From the human T2T-CHM13v2.0 reference genome, Homo sapiens: 64,000 nucleotides of DNA. The translations under genes and the position numbers were made by a program. Below the pieces are notes generated by a model. That model did no database searches, was not told where the DNA came from, and saw nothing but the letters and a program-made list of their open reading frames with translations. This document shows, piece by piece, positions 48,755-63,856 of the stretch (position 1 is its first letter; each line of letters starts with the position of its first letter). The stretch lies in the NCBI RefSeq assembly GCF_009914755.1, contig NC_060933.1; one strand, given 5' to 3'.

Positions 48755-51581
48755 GCTGCATGTGGCATCTGTGCCAGGTTCTGTTACTTTCCAGCTGTAT
48801 GATTGTGGTCAAAGTGACACAACCTCTCTGTGTCTCAGTCTACTCACCTGTGAAGGCTTCTCTGCACATTTCACAGGGTTCTTACAAAGATCACCTAAGA
48901 TAGTAGGTGCAAAAATGTGTTGTCAACTGTTAAGCTCTCTACAAACACAAGACATTGCCATTATGGTAATAAAAATCAAATGGCACATGAATATTTCAGA
49001 AGCAAGGACTAGGACAGATGTGTAAAGTATTCCCTTCTAATGGGGTTTTATAAATACATGCTCCCTCTTCTTATTACTAACTTCTTAATAATCTCTTTGC
49101 AAAGCTTGTCTTCAAACACCCTTTGTCTCCCCCATCATTTCTTCTTAACATCTCCTCTCTCACACAGCTATTTACTTTTGAACTCTGGGTGGCATTTGGG
49201 GAGACAGTTGGTTAGAAAAATATACACATACATATTTTGTACAGAGACATAAACAAAATGTATCCAGGGCACCTCAATTCTGAGCCAAGATATTAAAAAA
49301 TATATATCTTCTTTGTGATCTGTTGCAGCTGCTCATATTAGCAATACTTAGTCTGAAATTAGGTTTAACAACTCTATCCCTATATGTAGCCACAAATATG
49401 TTCACATGTGGCATTAATGTGGAAAGAAAACAAATGAAATATGCTCAGATGCATTTTCATTCTGTTAAATCTTAAAGAAAGAAAGGGTTTTACAAAGCCT
49501 TTTGGAGTCTCTCTTGGCTAAAAAGGAAATCCTTTTGCCATTAACTGCTCCTGCAGAGAGAGCCTGCTAGCTGCAAGATCATGATGAGGGTAAGCATTAA
49601 TTAAATCTAACTGCGAGAGAATAATTATGTACACATATCCGTCAGGGCAGGTTGTCACTATCCAGTAACAAAGTTGGATACAAACTCCATCAGCAGAACT
49701 GTCAGGCGGCTGTTAAAAGGATATAAATGTGTCCCAAAAGGATCATTTCATTGCGGCGGGGGGGGGAATTGGATTGCAAAGGATTAATGAGGCGAGGGGT
49801 TTGTGTTTTCAATTGGATGTAAAATGCAAACTAAGTTGTGGTATCATCATTTAACCTTAATGTTTAGCTACATTTGGATTTTTACCATGTGATGGGGACA
49901 ATTAGACCTTGTACATCAAACCAGCATTTTTCCATCATGGAATTACATTAAAGGTTAGTTGTTTTTTTCTTTTAAGTTAAATTGCACAAAAGTTTACAAC
50001 AAAATCATAAAACCCAGTTTACACAGATGGCATATTCTTAATAATAATTAGGTCAGAAAATGAATATGAATCCCACCAGAGTAATTAGGATATTCAGTAA
50101 AGGACCCTTTTTGTTGCTGCCTTATTTCTGTCAAGTTTCAGTCTAAGCTCTGAGGCCTATGTATGTGCAGACATCCCACACAGGTAATGTGAATGCAAGT
50201 CTTGGAGGTATGTGCTGCTAACAGACACAGCTACAATGTAGCAGAAGGTACAGGAGAACTGGAAGCAGTCAGGTCTAAATTTACCTCCAAGCTCCTGGCT
50301 GTGCAAGTTTGGGCAACTTACTTCATGTCTCTGAACATCCATTTCTTTTACAAAGTAAGGGTTAGAGAAAGGTTGTTACAGTAATACATGTGAAACTCAT
50401 TACTCTTAAAAGAGTAAAGAGCACAAAAGAAATGGCCAATAATTGTGGTTTCCTATCAGATATATGTCCCAAATTAGAAAGTAGAATAAACAAAACCATG
50501 ACACTAGCTTTGAGATTCATTCCTCCTATAGTTTCATCTTTGTTGGAGGAATTAAAGAGAGTATTTCCAGCCAAGGCAAAGGAGTAGGAAGCCTAACTGG
50601 TTTCACTGCAGACTTGGTGGACAACTAGAATGGTTAGCACCAAAGTAATTTACTCCAGTGAACGTTTAATAATCTGTAATTATTATACTTGAATGCTTGA
50701 GTGAGTGATTGATTGACTGTCTGCTTCTTTCTCCAAATCTTGAGTTACATAGAAGTGAGGACCTCATATGTCTAGATTTCCATTGCAGTCTCAGGGCTGA
50801 GCATAGTGTCTTACACTGAGTAGACATTCAGCTGAAAGAATAATGAAAGTGAGGTTGGAGACCCTGGGTAGGTAGTTAAGCTTAGACAGAAGGAATAGGC
50901 AGGGCTAGAATTGGGGAAATGGGAATTAGTCACAGCAGCCCTAAAGAGCAGTTTGGAAAGGTATCATCCTACGGCAGGATAATTGCTCTGACTTGGACTT
51001 GTATAGCTCTGCTGGGACCACAGATGCTGATCTAAGAATGAGGCCAAAGAGTCTATCAGAGATCTTAGCCATCCTGGGTTGCTGTAGTTATTGGTATAAT
51101 TACCTACTCTTGAATTCTCTAGATCTTGTGGAGTTATTTCTATGTAGTTCTGCCTGAACGCAAGATGATTTCTTTGGGACCCTTCTCCATGTTACAATCT
51201 GTGAAGGTTGCTCCGCAACACTGCACTGAAAGGGAGCTCACCAGCGTTTCTCGGCTAACACCCTCGGCAGGTAGCAAGGCTGATACAGATACAGGAAGGG
51301 GTCAGGTGTTACAGCTGCTCCCTGCAAATCTTTATAACTAGATCACACATAGGTAATTTGGAGAAGGCTCTTTCTCTCTACGGAAAATACCCTGACAAAA
51401 GCTTTATTTCCATGGTTTTGTAATGGCCCAATGGGTTCATCTTGTCCATTGCCTAGAAAAGCTAATGCACTGAGAACAGCAGATTTTTACAATAGAGAGT
51501 TTAATTATTGCACAGCCAGCTAAATGGAAGACTGGGGTTTCATTACTCAAATTACAGTCTCCCTGTGATTTCAGAAGTTAG

Positions 51582-51912
<331 letters not shown>

Positions 51913-52113
51913 GGGTTTTTTAAAGATAGTTTGGTGAACAGGGCGTTAGGGAATAAGAAACACGGATTGGTTTGGTCAGGGAAGAAATCATAGGGAGTGA
52001 AAGCTGTCTTCTTGCACTGAGTCAGTTCCTGGGTGGGGGCTACAAGACCAGATAAGCCAGTTTACTGGTCTGTGTGGCAACAGTTAGTCCATCAGAAATC
52101 AGGGTCTGACATT

Positions 52114-52328
52114 CTGGCCAACATGGTGAAACCCTGTCTCTACTAAAAGTACAAAAAATAGCTGGGCATGCTGGTGTGTGCCTGTAGTCCCAGCTACTCA
52201 GGAGGCTGAGGCAGGAGAATTGCTTGAACCCGGGAGGTGGAGGTTGCCGTGGGCCAGATCCCGTCACTGCACTCCAGCCTGGTGACAGAGTGAGACACTG
52301 TCTCAAAAAAAAAAAAAAAAAAAAAAAA
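52114..52328 (+). mobile_element. 5'-truncated AluS
   Basis: Starts at ctggccaacatgg; TSD agaaatcaRggtct at 52094 and 52328. Confidence 0.9.
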
Positions 52329-52627
52329 GAAATCAAGGTCTTAAAAATACTTCAAACACTAATCTTAGGTTTTATGACAGCGATGTTATCTATAAGGGCA
52401 ATTGATTGGGGAGGTTAGGAATCTTGTGGCCTCTGACTGCATGACACCAGAGCCATAATTTCTAATCTTGTGGCTAATGTGTTAATTTTACAAAGGAGGT
52501 CTGATCCCCAGGCAAGGAGTGGGTTTGTATCAGAAAGGGGTTGATGCCATCTTTGTTTCAAAGTTAAACTATAAACTAAACTCCTCCATAGTTAGCTTGG
52601 CCTATGCCTAGGGTTGAACAAGGGCAG

Positions 52628-53002
52628 CATATTAGTCCATTTTCAGACTGCTGATAAAGACATACCTGAGACTGGGCAATTTACAAAAGAAAGAGGTTTA
52701 ATTGAACTTACAGTTCCAGTTGGTGTAGAAGCCTCACAATCATGGCGGAAGGCAAGGAGGAGCAAGTCCCATCTTACATGGATGGCAGCAGGCAAAGAGA
52801 GAATGAGGAAGATGCAAAAGCGGAAACCCCTGATAAAACTATCAGATCTCATGAGACTTATTCACTCCCATGAGAACAGTATGGGGGAAACGGCCCCCAT
52901 GATTCATTTATCTCCCACCAGGTCCTTCCTACAACATGTGGAGATCACGGGAGTACAATTCAAGATGATATTTGGGTGGGCACACAGAGCCAAAACGTAT
53001 CA
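52628..53002 (-). mobile_element. THE1 (MaLR) solo LTR
   Basis: attagtccattttcagactgctgataaagacatacctgagactggg...agccaaaacgtatca; perfect 5-bp TSD GGCAG. Confidence 0.9.
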
Positions 53003-53940
53003 GGCAGCTTGAAGGTTATAAGCAACATGGAATTGGTTAGGTCAGATTTCTTTCATTGTCATAATTTTTGTAAAGGTAATTTCAATTTGAAGCAGAAATA
53101 TGAGATATATGGATTGAAGGCAAATACCACTTCTTTGCATTGACAGTGACCATTTTTCTAGAAATGTTCTCCTTAACCACAACCTCTGCCATACCCACTT
53201 CCTCCCTCCGTTCCTCAAAAAACAAACAAAAACATAAAATCTGCACATGAATTGCTTCTCCCTATCTCCACCCCTTGATGTAAAATAAACGACTTTCAGA
53301 CAGATAAAAATTAAACTACATCTAGCCCTAAATGTTGCAGAGTCATCACTGAAAATAAAATAAAATATTAAGAAATGGCCAAAGCCAGAAAATTGAGGTT
53401 ATAAGACATCAAGATCCATAAACAGAATTTCTCTCTTCTTAAGAAAATTTTTTAACCTCTAATTTTTGAGGGCAGAATTTTATATATGTCCATTTTATTA
53501 TATCTTTAATAGTGTAGTTAAATTTTTCTATATTATTATTAGTAGTAGTTTCTCTACTTGGTCTAATAGGAAGATTTTTGTAAAATGTCTCCCACTTGGA
53601 CTATGTATTAATCAACATTCCCTGTACTTCTCTCAGTTTTTTCATTTAAGCATTTTGAAACCATGTTGTTCCTATATGTAAGTACAAATTTCATTTCTCT
53701 CCCAGTAAATGGTTTCTTTTTTGGTTAATTAATAATACTCTCTATTCCTAAGGATTTTTCCTTGTTCCTTCTTATTGTTGTAAAATTAATTTTGCCATAT
53801 GATTCCATTTTTTTATAAGCCTTCATTTGATTAGTATTCACAAAATATATATTTTTCCTTTCCCTTTCCCTCTGTCAAACTTTGTGTCCTTATGCTTTAG
53901 AATGATCTCTGGGAAATAGTATATAACTGAATTTTGTTTA

Positions 53941-54268
<328 letters not shown>

Positions 54269-55070
54269 TATCACTGAATCTTAATGTGCAAATTATATTT
54301 ATTGTAATTTCTGATGCTTTGGGGTTTATTCCTATCACTTTATCTTTCACTTTTTCCTTGCTCAGGCTTTCTCTCTACTTGTATCCCACCCCACCTGACC
54401 CCCTACCTGGAGTCATCATGACACCAGCTTCTGAACTCATAGCTTGGCTTTGCATTTCTTACAACTTATATCTGCATTCCTTAAGCCCGGGGGGCTTCCT
54501 TTCTTTACTTTTGGGATGAATCTTAATTTTTTAAAAAGTATATTTTGTCCAACATTTATTTTGTGTGTATGGAACAGGAAGAAGGCTCATGTTAGCTTTG
54601 TCAGCCATATTGCTGAAAGTTTACTACATGACTTGCCTGTTTTCTTTCCATGTAGGAATGGGAGCTTTTGTTATACACACACACATACACACATACATAC
54701 ATGTGCAATTGCAGAATTGAGATTTTTCTATCAAAATATTGAAGCCCAATATATAAACATAGAATAAAAGCTTGATTAAAAAGCCCTACCTATTCAGCCA
54801 CAGTTCCCCTTCCCCTTCTCCCTGAGCACCTATTTGTGGCATGCTTGAAAACATCTGCTAACGGCCCAGGCAGTCTATCTCATATCCTCACTATGTTTAA
54901 TCATGTATATCTCAATCATGGGAAATTGTAAAGCTTCTCTTTGTAGTCTTCTAAGTGATTTATGCAGTTGATTACAGCTGAATTAGAAAAGAGCTGAAGT
55001 TGTCAACTTCTAACTATGTATTTTGTTAAATTTCACCAACAGTCAGTCCTAATGTAGGTAATAGGGCCTA

Positions 55071-55902
55071 TGTGGACCAAAAATAAAACCTTAAGCCTGC
55101 CCAACACACTGAATGAATCCCCTACCACACTCAAAGCCAAGAGAAACCTGAAAAGCTGAATTTCCCATTATGATGAAAAGGGCAGTCAGACATGTCTCAT
55201 TATACCCCTCTTCTTTTGGAGTTTAGGCACAACTGACCAGCATTAATATTAAAATAGAGATCAAAAGACTGACAAAATAGATGCTGTAGCAATAAGACAC
55301 CGAATTCCAACCTGACTCTGATGTAGTAACACATGACAAGTGAAGGAAATCAAAATATTTTACCCCAAAATATATTTTCTTGACGTATTTTGAAATGGCC
55401 TTGCAAAACCATCTTTTGTGGGGAAAATTTGCATCTGTAGAGAATCTCCTTCCCTTTCTAGGTCTTTCTGCAAATCCAGGAGAAATTAAATGAGAGTCTG
55501 GTACTTTTAAGGTCTTAAAAAGTACATTTACCATATTCTCTCTAAGGTTACTGCCTGGAGGCTTCATCTACATAACAAGAACCTTGGCATCTACAACCCC
55601 CATTATCTTAACTCAAGCATTTACTTCAAGTCTTTAGATAATGTTTAACTCAACCAATTGCCAATCAGAAAATCTTTTAATCCACCTATGACCTGTAAGT
55701 ACCCCTGAACCAATGTATACCTTACATATATCGATTTATGTCTTTGCCTGTAACTTCAGTCTCTGTAAAATGTGTGAAACCACACTGTTACTCTCAGGAA
55801 CACTTTCTCAGGACCCCTTGGGACTATCATGGTCTATAGTCACTCATATTGGCTTAAAATAAACCTCTTTAAATATTTTATGGATTTTGGCTTTTTTAAA
55901 AC
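55071..55902 (+). mobile_element. MER4-family (ERV1) solo LTR
   Basis: tgtggaccaaaaataaaa...gacatgtctcattatacc...gcacaactgaccagcattaa...aataaacctctttaaatatttta...aaca. Confidence 0.8.
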
Positions 55903-56049
55903 ATGATTTTATATGGTCAAATGGCATAAATAGCCAATGATTTCACAAATTAGAGGACTTGAATTATTCCATTCCTGGATCTGCTAGTTTCTCTGTGTGA
56001 CATCAGTGAGTCCCTGTCTCCATCATTTCCACATATACAAGCAGATTGG

Positions 56050-56333
56050 ATCAGACAATGAAGCAGAATGATGATGTGTACCTTTTGGGCTCAATCCAAA
56101 AAACCTTGCAGCTCCTACTTCTGCTGTTTTTGGATCTCCCAGGCATGTGAACCAGGCTGGGATAGCTGGCTAGCCAGAGGTGCATGAGATGTCAGCTGAA
56201 CCTACCCCACCCAGACCAGAACTAACCACCTGGAGCCAAGCCCAAATGTTTTTATTGAATTAAGTGCTAAATAAATGGGTGCTATTTTAGTTCACTACGT
56301 TTTAGGTTGTTTTATTATGCAACAATGCTAACA
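56050..56333 (+). mobile_element. MLT1 LTR fragment
   Basis: agccaagcccaaat...aaataaatgggtgctatttt...tttattatgcaacaatgctaaca. Confidence 0.55.
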
Positions 56334-58190
56334 TAGCATTATTACCATTCTACTGAAAGAATATGGTAGAGTTGTATCCCTAGGCCCCACCAGGATCTGG
56401 TCGTGAGCCTTCCGCTAAGGCTGCTTTCAGTTGCCTCTCCATCCTCCAGGCCAGATAGAATTGACTGAGAGCCCCCTGATGTATTTCAGATGGACAAGAA
56501 AAAGCTCCTGAAGGAGACATACACTTTCAGGAACACAAACTTCTCTGAAAGACACATCAGGGAAGATTTATGGAGGCAGTTGTGTGCTCTGACTGCTGAT
56601 CAGCTTTCTTATGTCTCAGTACAATACAACCTGTGGGTCACCGGGTTGGTGGTGGTACTCTCCCCGGCTGCACCTCTTAGAAGAGACCTGAGGTCAACAG
56701 ACAGAAAGCCAGAGACTGAGGGAAAAGGTTTCCTAATCAAAGATACATGCCATTTCTTATCTTTGAAGATGCCAGGGTGCCGATTCCAGGATGCAACAAA
56801 TCTACAGCATGCTTTAAAGAAGGATTTCCATAAGCATCCTAGCATATTCTCACGACAGTCCTGGACAAAAGAATGGCAGATATTCTCACATCCCCAGATA
56901 CTGGGGATGAATAATATCCCCAGGATATTAAGGATATTAAGCAGTTTCTCTAAAGATCCTCCCTGAGTATCCATTGCACTTAGGGCAGGGTTGGGGTTCA
57001 AACCAGAAGTTTCTGACTCCAAATTCTGAATTGTTTAGTGTACAACAATATTTTTCAATTGTATGTATCATCAAAGACTATTTGAGTTGGGGGAGACCTG
57101 TGGAAATTATCTAGCCCATCACCTTTGCTTTCCAAATTAACAACAACAAAGATTCATTAGGTGCTTACCATGCTTAGTACAGCCTGCGGAGCACTTTACA
57201 AACATTAACTAATTCTCCCAGCCTCCCTGTGAGGTGACTGACTGTATGATTTGTAGATTAGGTAATGGAGATTTGATGCATAAGTCATTTCCCAAAGTTG
57301 AGCCAGTCAGTGGCAGAGCTAGGATGTGAATCCACATCTGTCTGACTCCAGACCCTGAGCACACTGCCACAATGCCATATAGCCTTTTAGATGGGGACAC
57401 TGAGGCCCAGAGAGTGGAAGGTCTTGTCCAAGATCATGAAGCCAGTTTGATTAATTGTCCATTAATTCATCAATTATTGAGGATCTGCTATTTGTCAGGA
57501 AGCAGGCTAGCCAATGGGAACACAGGCATGACCTAGATATAGTTGTGCACTTGAGAGTAATTAAGGGAGAAGATAAGAAGTGACTATAAATTACTTGAAT
57601 AAAAGATAGTAAATGACAAATATCTCAGGGAAGATAGTGAAGAGGTTGTCAAAGTTTGGAGGAGGTATGCACGACTTTCATTTGGGAAAAATTTGAAAAT
57701 TCTTCACAGAGAAAATGGTTTAAAGGTCTTGTTTGAAAGAAGAGTAGAATTTGCATATTGGCAATGGGAAAGAGGAAGAAGTTCAAGCTGCAAAAAGCGC
57801 ATAGAGGTGGAGGTAAAAGGAGTTATTTCATCATAGACTCAGGGCTGGTCTCCAGGTAGTTGTGTCTATCCAGTCCTCCTTGTAACCCCTATAACTATCT
57901 CATGGTTTAAGTGGAACCTCATTTTGATGATGCAATGTCAAAACTTCCTTTGTCAAAAGGGGCGGTAAACCTAAATCCCACCCAAAAATCCTTGGTAGGA
58001 AGGGAAGGCTGCTAAGAAGGACAAAGTGTAGGGAAGCAAAGATGGGGACCAAAGAAACAAAGGAAGATCAAACCTGGGACTACCTGTTCAATATTTAAGC
58101 AGAGCAACGACCCATTAAGGCAACTAATTTAAAGTCGCTAATGTTTCTATTTTCTTCCAACTAATTGAATAATTCATGACCAGTTACTAA

Positions 58191-58197
<7 letters not shown>

Positions 58198-58262
<65 letters not shown>
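58198..58262. repeat. Compound (TA)14(CA)~19 microsatellite
   Basis: Read directly. Confidence 0.95.
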
Positions 58263-58265
<3 letters not shown>

Positions 58266-59079
58266 CCTGTGTTCCAGGGACAGTGTCCCACAGTAAAAGC
58301 ACATTGAAACATTGAAGCTTATCTATCAAGAAGGATAAAGGAGCCAGAATTTGCTTCTCCTCCCAACTGTGGGATGCTGCTGGGAAATGTGTGAGCAAGA
58401 TCCAAAGATCCAGGGTCTGATTTTGATGGAGGATTTTGTGGCTTCCCATCTTCCCACTGGCACCTGCCTGGATCACATTTTCCCCCAGATATTCCCGTTA
58501 CCCCCTGCACAGCTTCATCCCTATGTGTATTTGCATATTTTCTTTATTCTACCAGCAATGTCTTCCCAAACTTTCTCTTTATTTAATGCATTACTTAGGA
58601 TTACCTGCTCTGTGAAGCCTTCTTTAATTATTCCCCCAGTTTAGTAAATACCCCAAGCCAGCCCACACCACCTTCATGTATCCATTGTGGTGCAGATACG
58701 TAATGCCCTGCTTCCTTCAATAAATGGTGAAGTACTGGTAGGCCGAGATCTAGTTGGCATATACCACACACATGTGGCAAACTAAAAACATTGAGAGTGG
58801 ATGTCTTAAAAAATGCACAGAGCACTATCCAGTGACGTAACACTGTGGGCTCCTGAGGACATGGGACTGGCTCCCTGGGGTTAGTTAAAAGCTGAGGGGA
58901 CAGTGCTGATTCATTCTTAGCTCAGAGAGGGAGATGCCTCACCTTCTAGAGCCTCATAGCTCCTGAACACCCTCACAGCAGCACTGATGACACAGAAACA
59001 CTGCCAATGCAAGAGAAGCTGCACGTACTTCCTTCCAGGATCTAGACTAGGTAGGTATAATTTCACAGCTCAAAGATCT

Positions 59080-59340
59080 TAGTTGTGGTAGCTAAGAGTA
59101 GAGCTCAAGTCATCTGGGAATTTAAATGTGGGCTCTGAATTCATAGCTCCACTATGTACTAGTTGAGTAAACTTAGACAAGTGACTGAAACTGTGTAAGC
59201 TTGAGTTTCCTTCTTTGTTGAATGGGGATAATTATAGTACTTACCTTATGGGTTATTGGGAAGTTTTAAATAAGATAAAATGTGTGATGGGCAAGGTGCC
59301 TAGAACATACCAAATGCTCAGTAGATGGTAGGCTGCACTG
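59080..59340 (+). mobile_element. MIR SINE
   Basis: gacaagtgactgaaac...agtttcct...aatggggataattatagtacttacc...gtgcctagaacatac...tgctcagta. Confidence 0.75.
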
Positions 59341-61469
59341 CATCCCATTAACCGTTTGCATACTGTGAGCTCCCAGCTACCTCCCTTTATCTATTTACCC
59401 GTCTCCATCCATTCATTAATTTATTCATATATTCTTCCATTAAACCAATTACTATCCCAAGCCAGTTCCCTGTTAGGCATTCATTCTACAGACAGACATA
59501 AATCACTGTTTTTTCCATCATGGGACTGTGAGAGCTGAAGAAGGTGACAGATGTATTTACGACAGACTGCAATAAGGGCAGTGATAAGAAACAGTACTGG
59601 GGCTATGAGTGCTCAGAGAAAAGAGTGGCTTGCTGGGCTGCGGCTGCGGTAGGGGCTGAGAAAATGCTTCACAGAGCAGATGCTGAGGCTGGATTTTGAA
59701 GATAAACAGCAATTTTTTGCCTGGAGAGAAAGGGTGGGGAGGAGGAAAGGGCCTTTCAGGAAGAATATGATCAGCACTCGGACCTAGAAAGCAAGGCATA
59801 CTGGGGGAAGGGAGAAATGGCCCATGTGCTGGAGGCTGTAGGACACAATGGGTTGGGGGTCAGGAGTAGACAGAGGCAGGGTACAGCCCAGGCTAGGAGG
59901 GAGCCTTGTGTAGCAAGTGATGGCAACTTTTAATCCCATTAAACAATATGCCCTTCATCCTATTGGTTCTTGCTTCTATAACAAGGTAAATGTATCTCTG
60001 TGAGGTAATAATACCGATAAAAATAAGACTAATAATCATAGCAATGATCAGAATAATAAATAACACAATAAAAGAGCACATATGTTCAGCATGCAAATAT
60101 GTCTGGCTCTGTGCTAAATGCTTTACTGGGATTATCTTATTCTGGCCTATGGAAATCCTTTGAAGATGGTAGCATTCTCACCCCCTTATAGTTAGTTAAA
60201 TCATGGTTCTTCTTCCTGGGACATCAATATTGTATGAGGAATTGAGCAAGTGTTAAATTAATTAACTGAAAAATACTATAACTTAAACTAAAATAAACAT
60301 GCATATACTATGAAATAAAATGGCATGATCTTTTAAAAGATGAACCTGAAATGTGAACTTTATGACAGATTCTTTTGAGCACAGCTGCAGACCCTCTGGG
60401 GGTAAGTTCATTTTCATATGCCTTTAAGAAGACTTCATTTCAAAAGCTCAAGAGGCCCCCAGTGCAAGTGACAGAAAATCAGGACAATGTTCTAGGTGGG
60501 GGAGGAACATGGCCAAATTTACTGTGTTTTCAAATGATCACCCAGCTGTCAGGGTAGAGCATGCATTTATCGGTGCCAACGCTGCTGCAGGAATCTGGAT
60601 GAGGGACAATGAGACCTCAACCAAGCTAGAGGCAGTGGCTCAGGAAGGGGAAGATGGATTTATGAGACGCTGCAGGCCAATGGGCAGGACTTGGATGACA
60701 GTGATTGTACTAGCTATTCCTTATTGAGGGTTGAACGTGGGACAGGCACTGGGCTAAGCATCTCTTGGGTATTAATTCACAACCCACATGTGATGTTGGT
60801 ATTATTAGCACTATTTCCAGAAGGGAAAACAGAACTCTTATTAATTAGCTTAAGAGCATTTAGTTAGTCAATGGTGGAATTAAATTTCAAACACAAAGTC
60901 CCGCTTTCAAAAACCGCTACCTAAACTAAATAAACCTATGGAATTTCTTCTGCTGCACATCCAAAGAAATCTTCCTCTGCTTTATTTGAATGCCACTGTC
61001 CTTTATACTGCCCATGAGATGCTGGGGAGTGGCTCCTTAATAGCAGCCTCATAAAACCCCAGCACTAACATGAAGTCAGAAGTTCAAACCTCCACTATCC
61101 TCCCTCTGTCTGGCTAAGAATGATGCACTTCAGCCTCCACCAGGCCTCTCAGGAAGAAGGCATAGCTACAAAAATACCTTGGAGCTGCTTTTAACCATGT
61201 GCTCAATTCCATGGCACTGGTTCTCGGCTACCCATTCCATCTTCTGGAAACTAGTGGGCACCGTGGCCCGGGGATGAGGCCTAAGGAAGCAGAAAGAGGG
61301 CAGGTGCTCCCAATCTGGACCAGGCAGCCCACGGCAACCTCAATGGCAGGAGAGGGCAGAAACAGTGAAAGACAGAGGATTCAGACCATCCTATTTGGGA
61401 TTTTGGAGGCTAATGGAGCATTTCCAAAATTCTGTTCCTATAGATGCTTCTGTTCAGCAAGTCATTAAT

Positions 61470-61710
61470 AAATGTTCCAATGGGAGAAATAAGAGTTTGC
61501 AGTCAACATAGTATCAATACATTGAGTTAAACAAAGCAGCCTAGCTTTCTGTACTGCAGGACTTCTCAGAGTTTTTAATAGACTAAGATTCATTCAAGAA
61601 TCTTCAAGAGAAAGAGGGAGGGTGGAGAATTTCCAAACTTTTTTTTTTTTAATCATGAAATTCTTTTGTCCAAGGAAATCTTGATGGGCTGTCTTGGGTA
61701 AGTTTGGAAG
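61470..61710. mobile_element. MER103-type hAT transposon
   Basis: actgcaggacttctcagag...tttaata...aatcttcaagag...atttccaaact. Confidence 0.55.
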
Positions 61711-61989
61711 TATAGGGCTGACATATACTGTCCTTACTCTTCTCCTGCAGAAATTGTATCCCATGGTAGCAGCAAAATCACAAGAATACTGTGATTAAGC
61801 TGTTTTGGAAATTGCTTTAATAGCATCCACTTGAGCACATTTACTGTGCTACTTGTCAGTGAGTCTAAGGGGGAAATAGAATTCTCTGGGCGTTGGTACC
61901 AGGAGGATTTGGTTTATCACAGATTCCTCTTGCACCATCAATATGAGAGCTATAAAGCTGAGCCATTTTCCAGTGATCTTTGATGTTAA

Positions 61990-62620
61990 TACGCTCATTT
62001 ACTCAACTAATATTTATTAAGCCATTTCTATGTGTTAGATTTATAAATATGAATCTTATATTTTAGAGAGGAGGATAGTAGACAAGCAAAAATTTAAAAT
62101 TTTAGTCTGAACTACTACTGTGGAAGAAGTTAAAAAAGGAGGGTGACGTAAGAGATAGTAGCAGGTTGGGGACTGAAAGGAGCAAAACTGTAGATTGGGT
62201 AGTCATGGAAGTTGGTTTTTAGGAGCTGACATTTGAAAGGCGAGAAGGGGCTGGCTAGGAGAGCAGCTGGGGGAAAGAAAGAGGCATGGCAAGGAGAAGG
62301 AGGAACAAGTTCTCAGATGCTAAAGAAGGAACCGTTTGCTGTGTTGGTGAAACGTGAAGGAAGCCAGTTTGGCTGGAGCACAAGGAAGTGCAGAGCAAAT
62401 GATGTTCGAAAAGAGGGCAGGAGCCAGAGCCAGATCCGCAAGCCAAGGTGCAGAGCTTGGATCATAGTCTAAGAATAACAGAAAACTGTCAAAGGATTTT
62501 AAGCAGGGGAGGGGCTTTCTCTGGTTTATCTTTCTAAAAGATTGCTTTGGTAGTTTTGAGGAGACTGAATGCAAGGAGAGTATAGTTGTAAGGAGCAGTT
62601 AATAAATGACAGTGGTCATG
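61990..62620 (-). mobile_element. L2 fragment
   Basis: catttactcaactaatatttattaagc; gctgacatttgaa; aaggattttaagcaggg. Confidence 0.65.
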
Positions 62621-63822
62621 ATGGTGACAAAGAGGAAGGACAGATATGGAAGAGATACAAATAAATTTCTTCATGCATAGTTTTCTGAGACCCCATCTAA
62701 CTTGTAAATTAACTTAAAACAGACTTTTATTAATAATCTGACTATGAAATTCTTCTCTAAGAGGGGAAACATTTTAAAGTAAGTGGCAAGTTTTATGCAA
62801 AAATACTTTCTATGTAACATTGTTTATCATGATGAAATATTAGGAGCAGCCCAAATGCCTAATAGTAGGGGCTTAGTTAAGAAAATTATGATGCATAAAA
62901 ATAATATTTTTGAAAAATTCATTGACATAAAAATGTTTAGAATGTGATGTTAAAAAATGAATTCAGGTTGGTAATGAAGGGAGGAAAGGCTATAGACTTG
63001 GAGTCAAGAGTGTTTATGGAATATGTGTGTGTGGAGAGGACTTAGGAGGGGGATTTCTGGTGAATGATACAGAAGTAAAGATGAATAGGTAAAGCTATAC
63101 GAAATTTCAAGTAACCCTAAATGCCTTACCCAGAACAAACATAAGATTGCATGTATTCATTCCCTGATGCATGCCATCTGAACTTTCCAAGGTGGTCTAC
63201 ATTCAGCCTTTTATCAGGTCTTCACAATAATCTTCTGATGTAGGGCTTGGCATCCTCATTTTACAGAAGAGGAAACTGAAGTTCAGGGAGAACCAATGAT
63301 ACTTCCAAAGTCATGCAAGTTAAAACTGACTTGGGCTGGGATTAGCACTCAGACCTGTCTGACTTTAAGGTGACTGCTCTGTATCACTACAAAATGGTTT
63401 AAACCTGGGGTTTCCCATATGAGTTCCAAAAACGAATTCCATCATTTTCTTCTGCCTCAATTTGTGATCTGACAGCTTAACATGTAGAGCTTGGTTTTTT
63501 ACAGGATTCAAGATTTTACAAGATTAAGAATTAGACATCCTCTCAACAGATAGCAAACATCTACTATGTGTCAGGCACTGATTTAGGCCAGGAATGTAAA
63601 ATAATAAGACAATCCCTACCTTCAAATAACTCTCTGTCTAGCTAAGGAAAGAGCCAGACAAAAGACAATGATATCACACAAAAATGAATCTAGTGCTTAA
63701 TACATGTATAAAGGAAAGCTGGGAGGATTCAGTGAATTGTGACTGTGACAATCAACAACGTCTTCATAGAAATGTGCCATGCATGTTAAGCTTGAAAAGA
63801 CAGGTAGAATTTCATTAGTGTA

Positions 63823-63856
63823 TCAGGTTGGTGCAAAAGTAATAGCACCAACATAA
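63823..63856. mobile_element. Internally deleted MADE1 (Hsmar1-derived MITE)
   Basis: TA|tcaggttggtgcaaaagtaat-agcaccaacataa|TA: both mariner TIR ends and the TA target duplication. Confidence 0.8.

Noticed and set aside
56490-57022. Longest ORFs (158 aa +, 137 aa -)
   Set aside because: No recognisable domain or homology; overlapping antisense ORFs of this size arise by chance in 64 kb.
59770-59790. REST/RE1-like tcagcactcggacc
   Set aside because: Half-site spacing and right half deviate from the RE1 consensus; lies in L2-like sequence.
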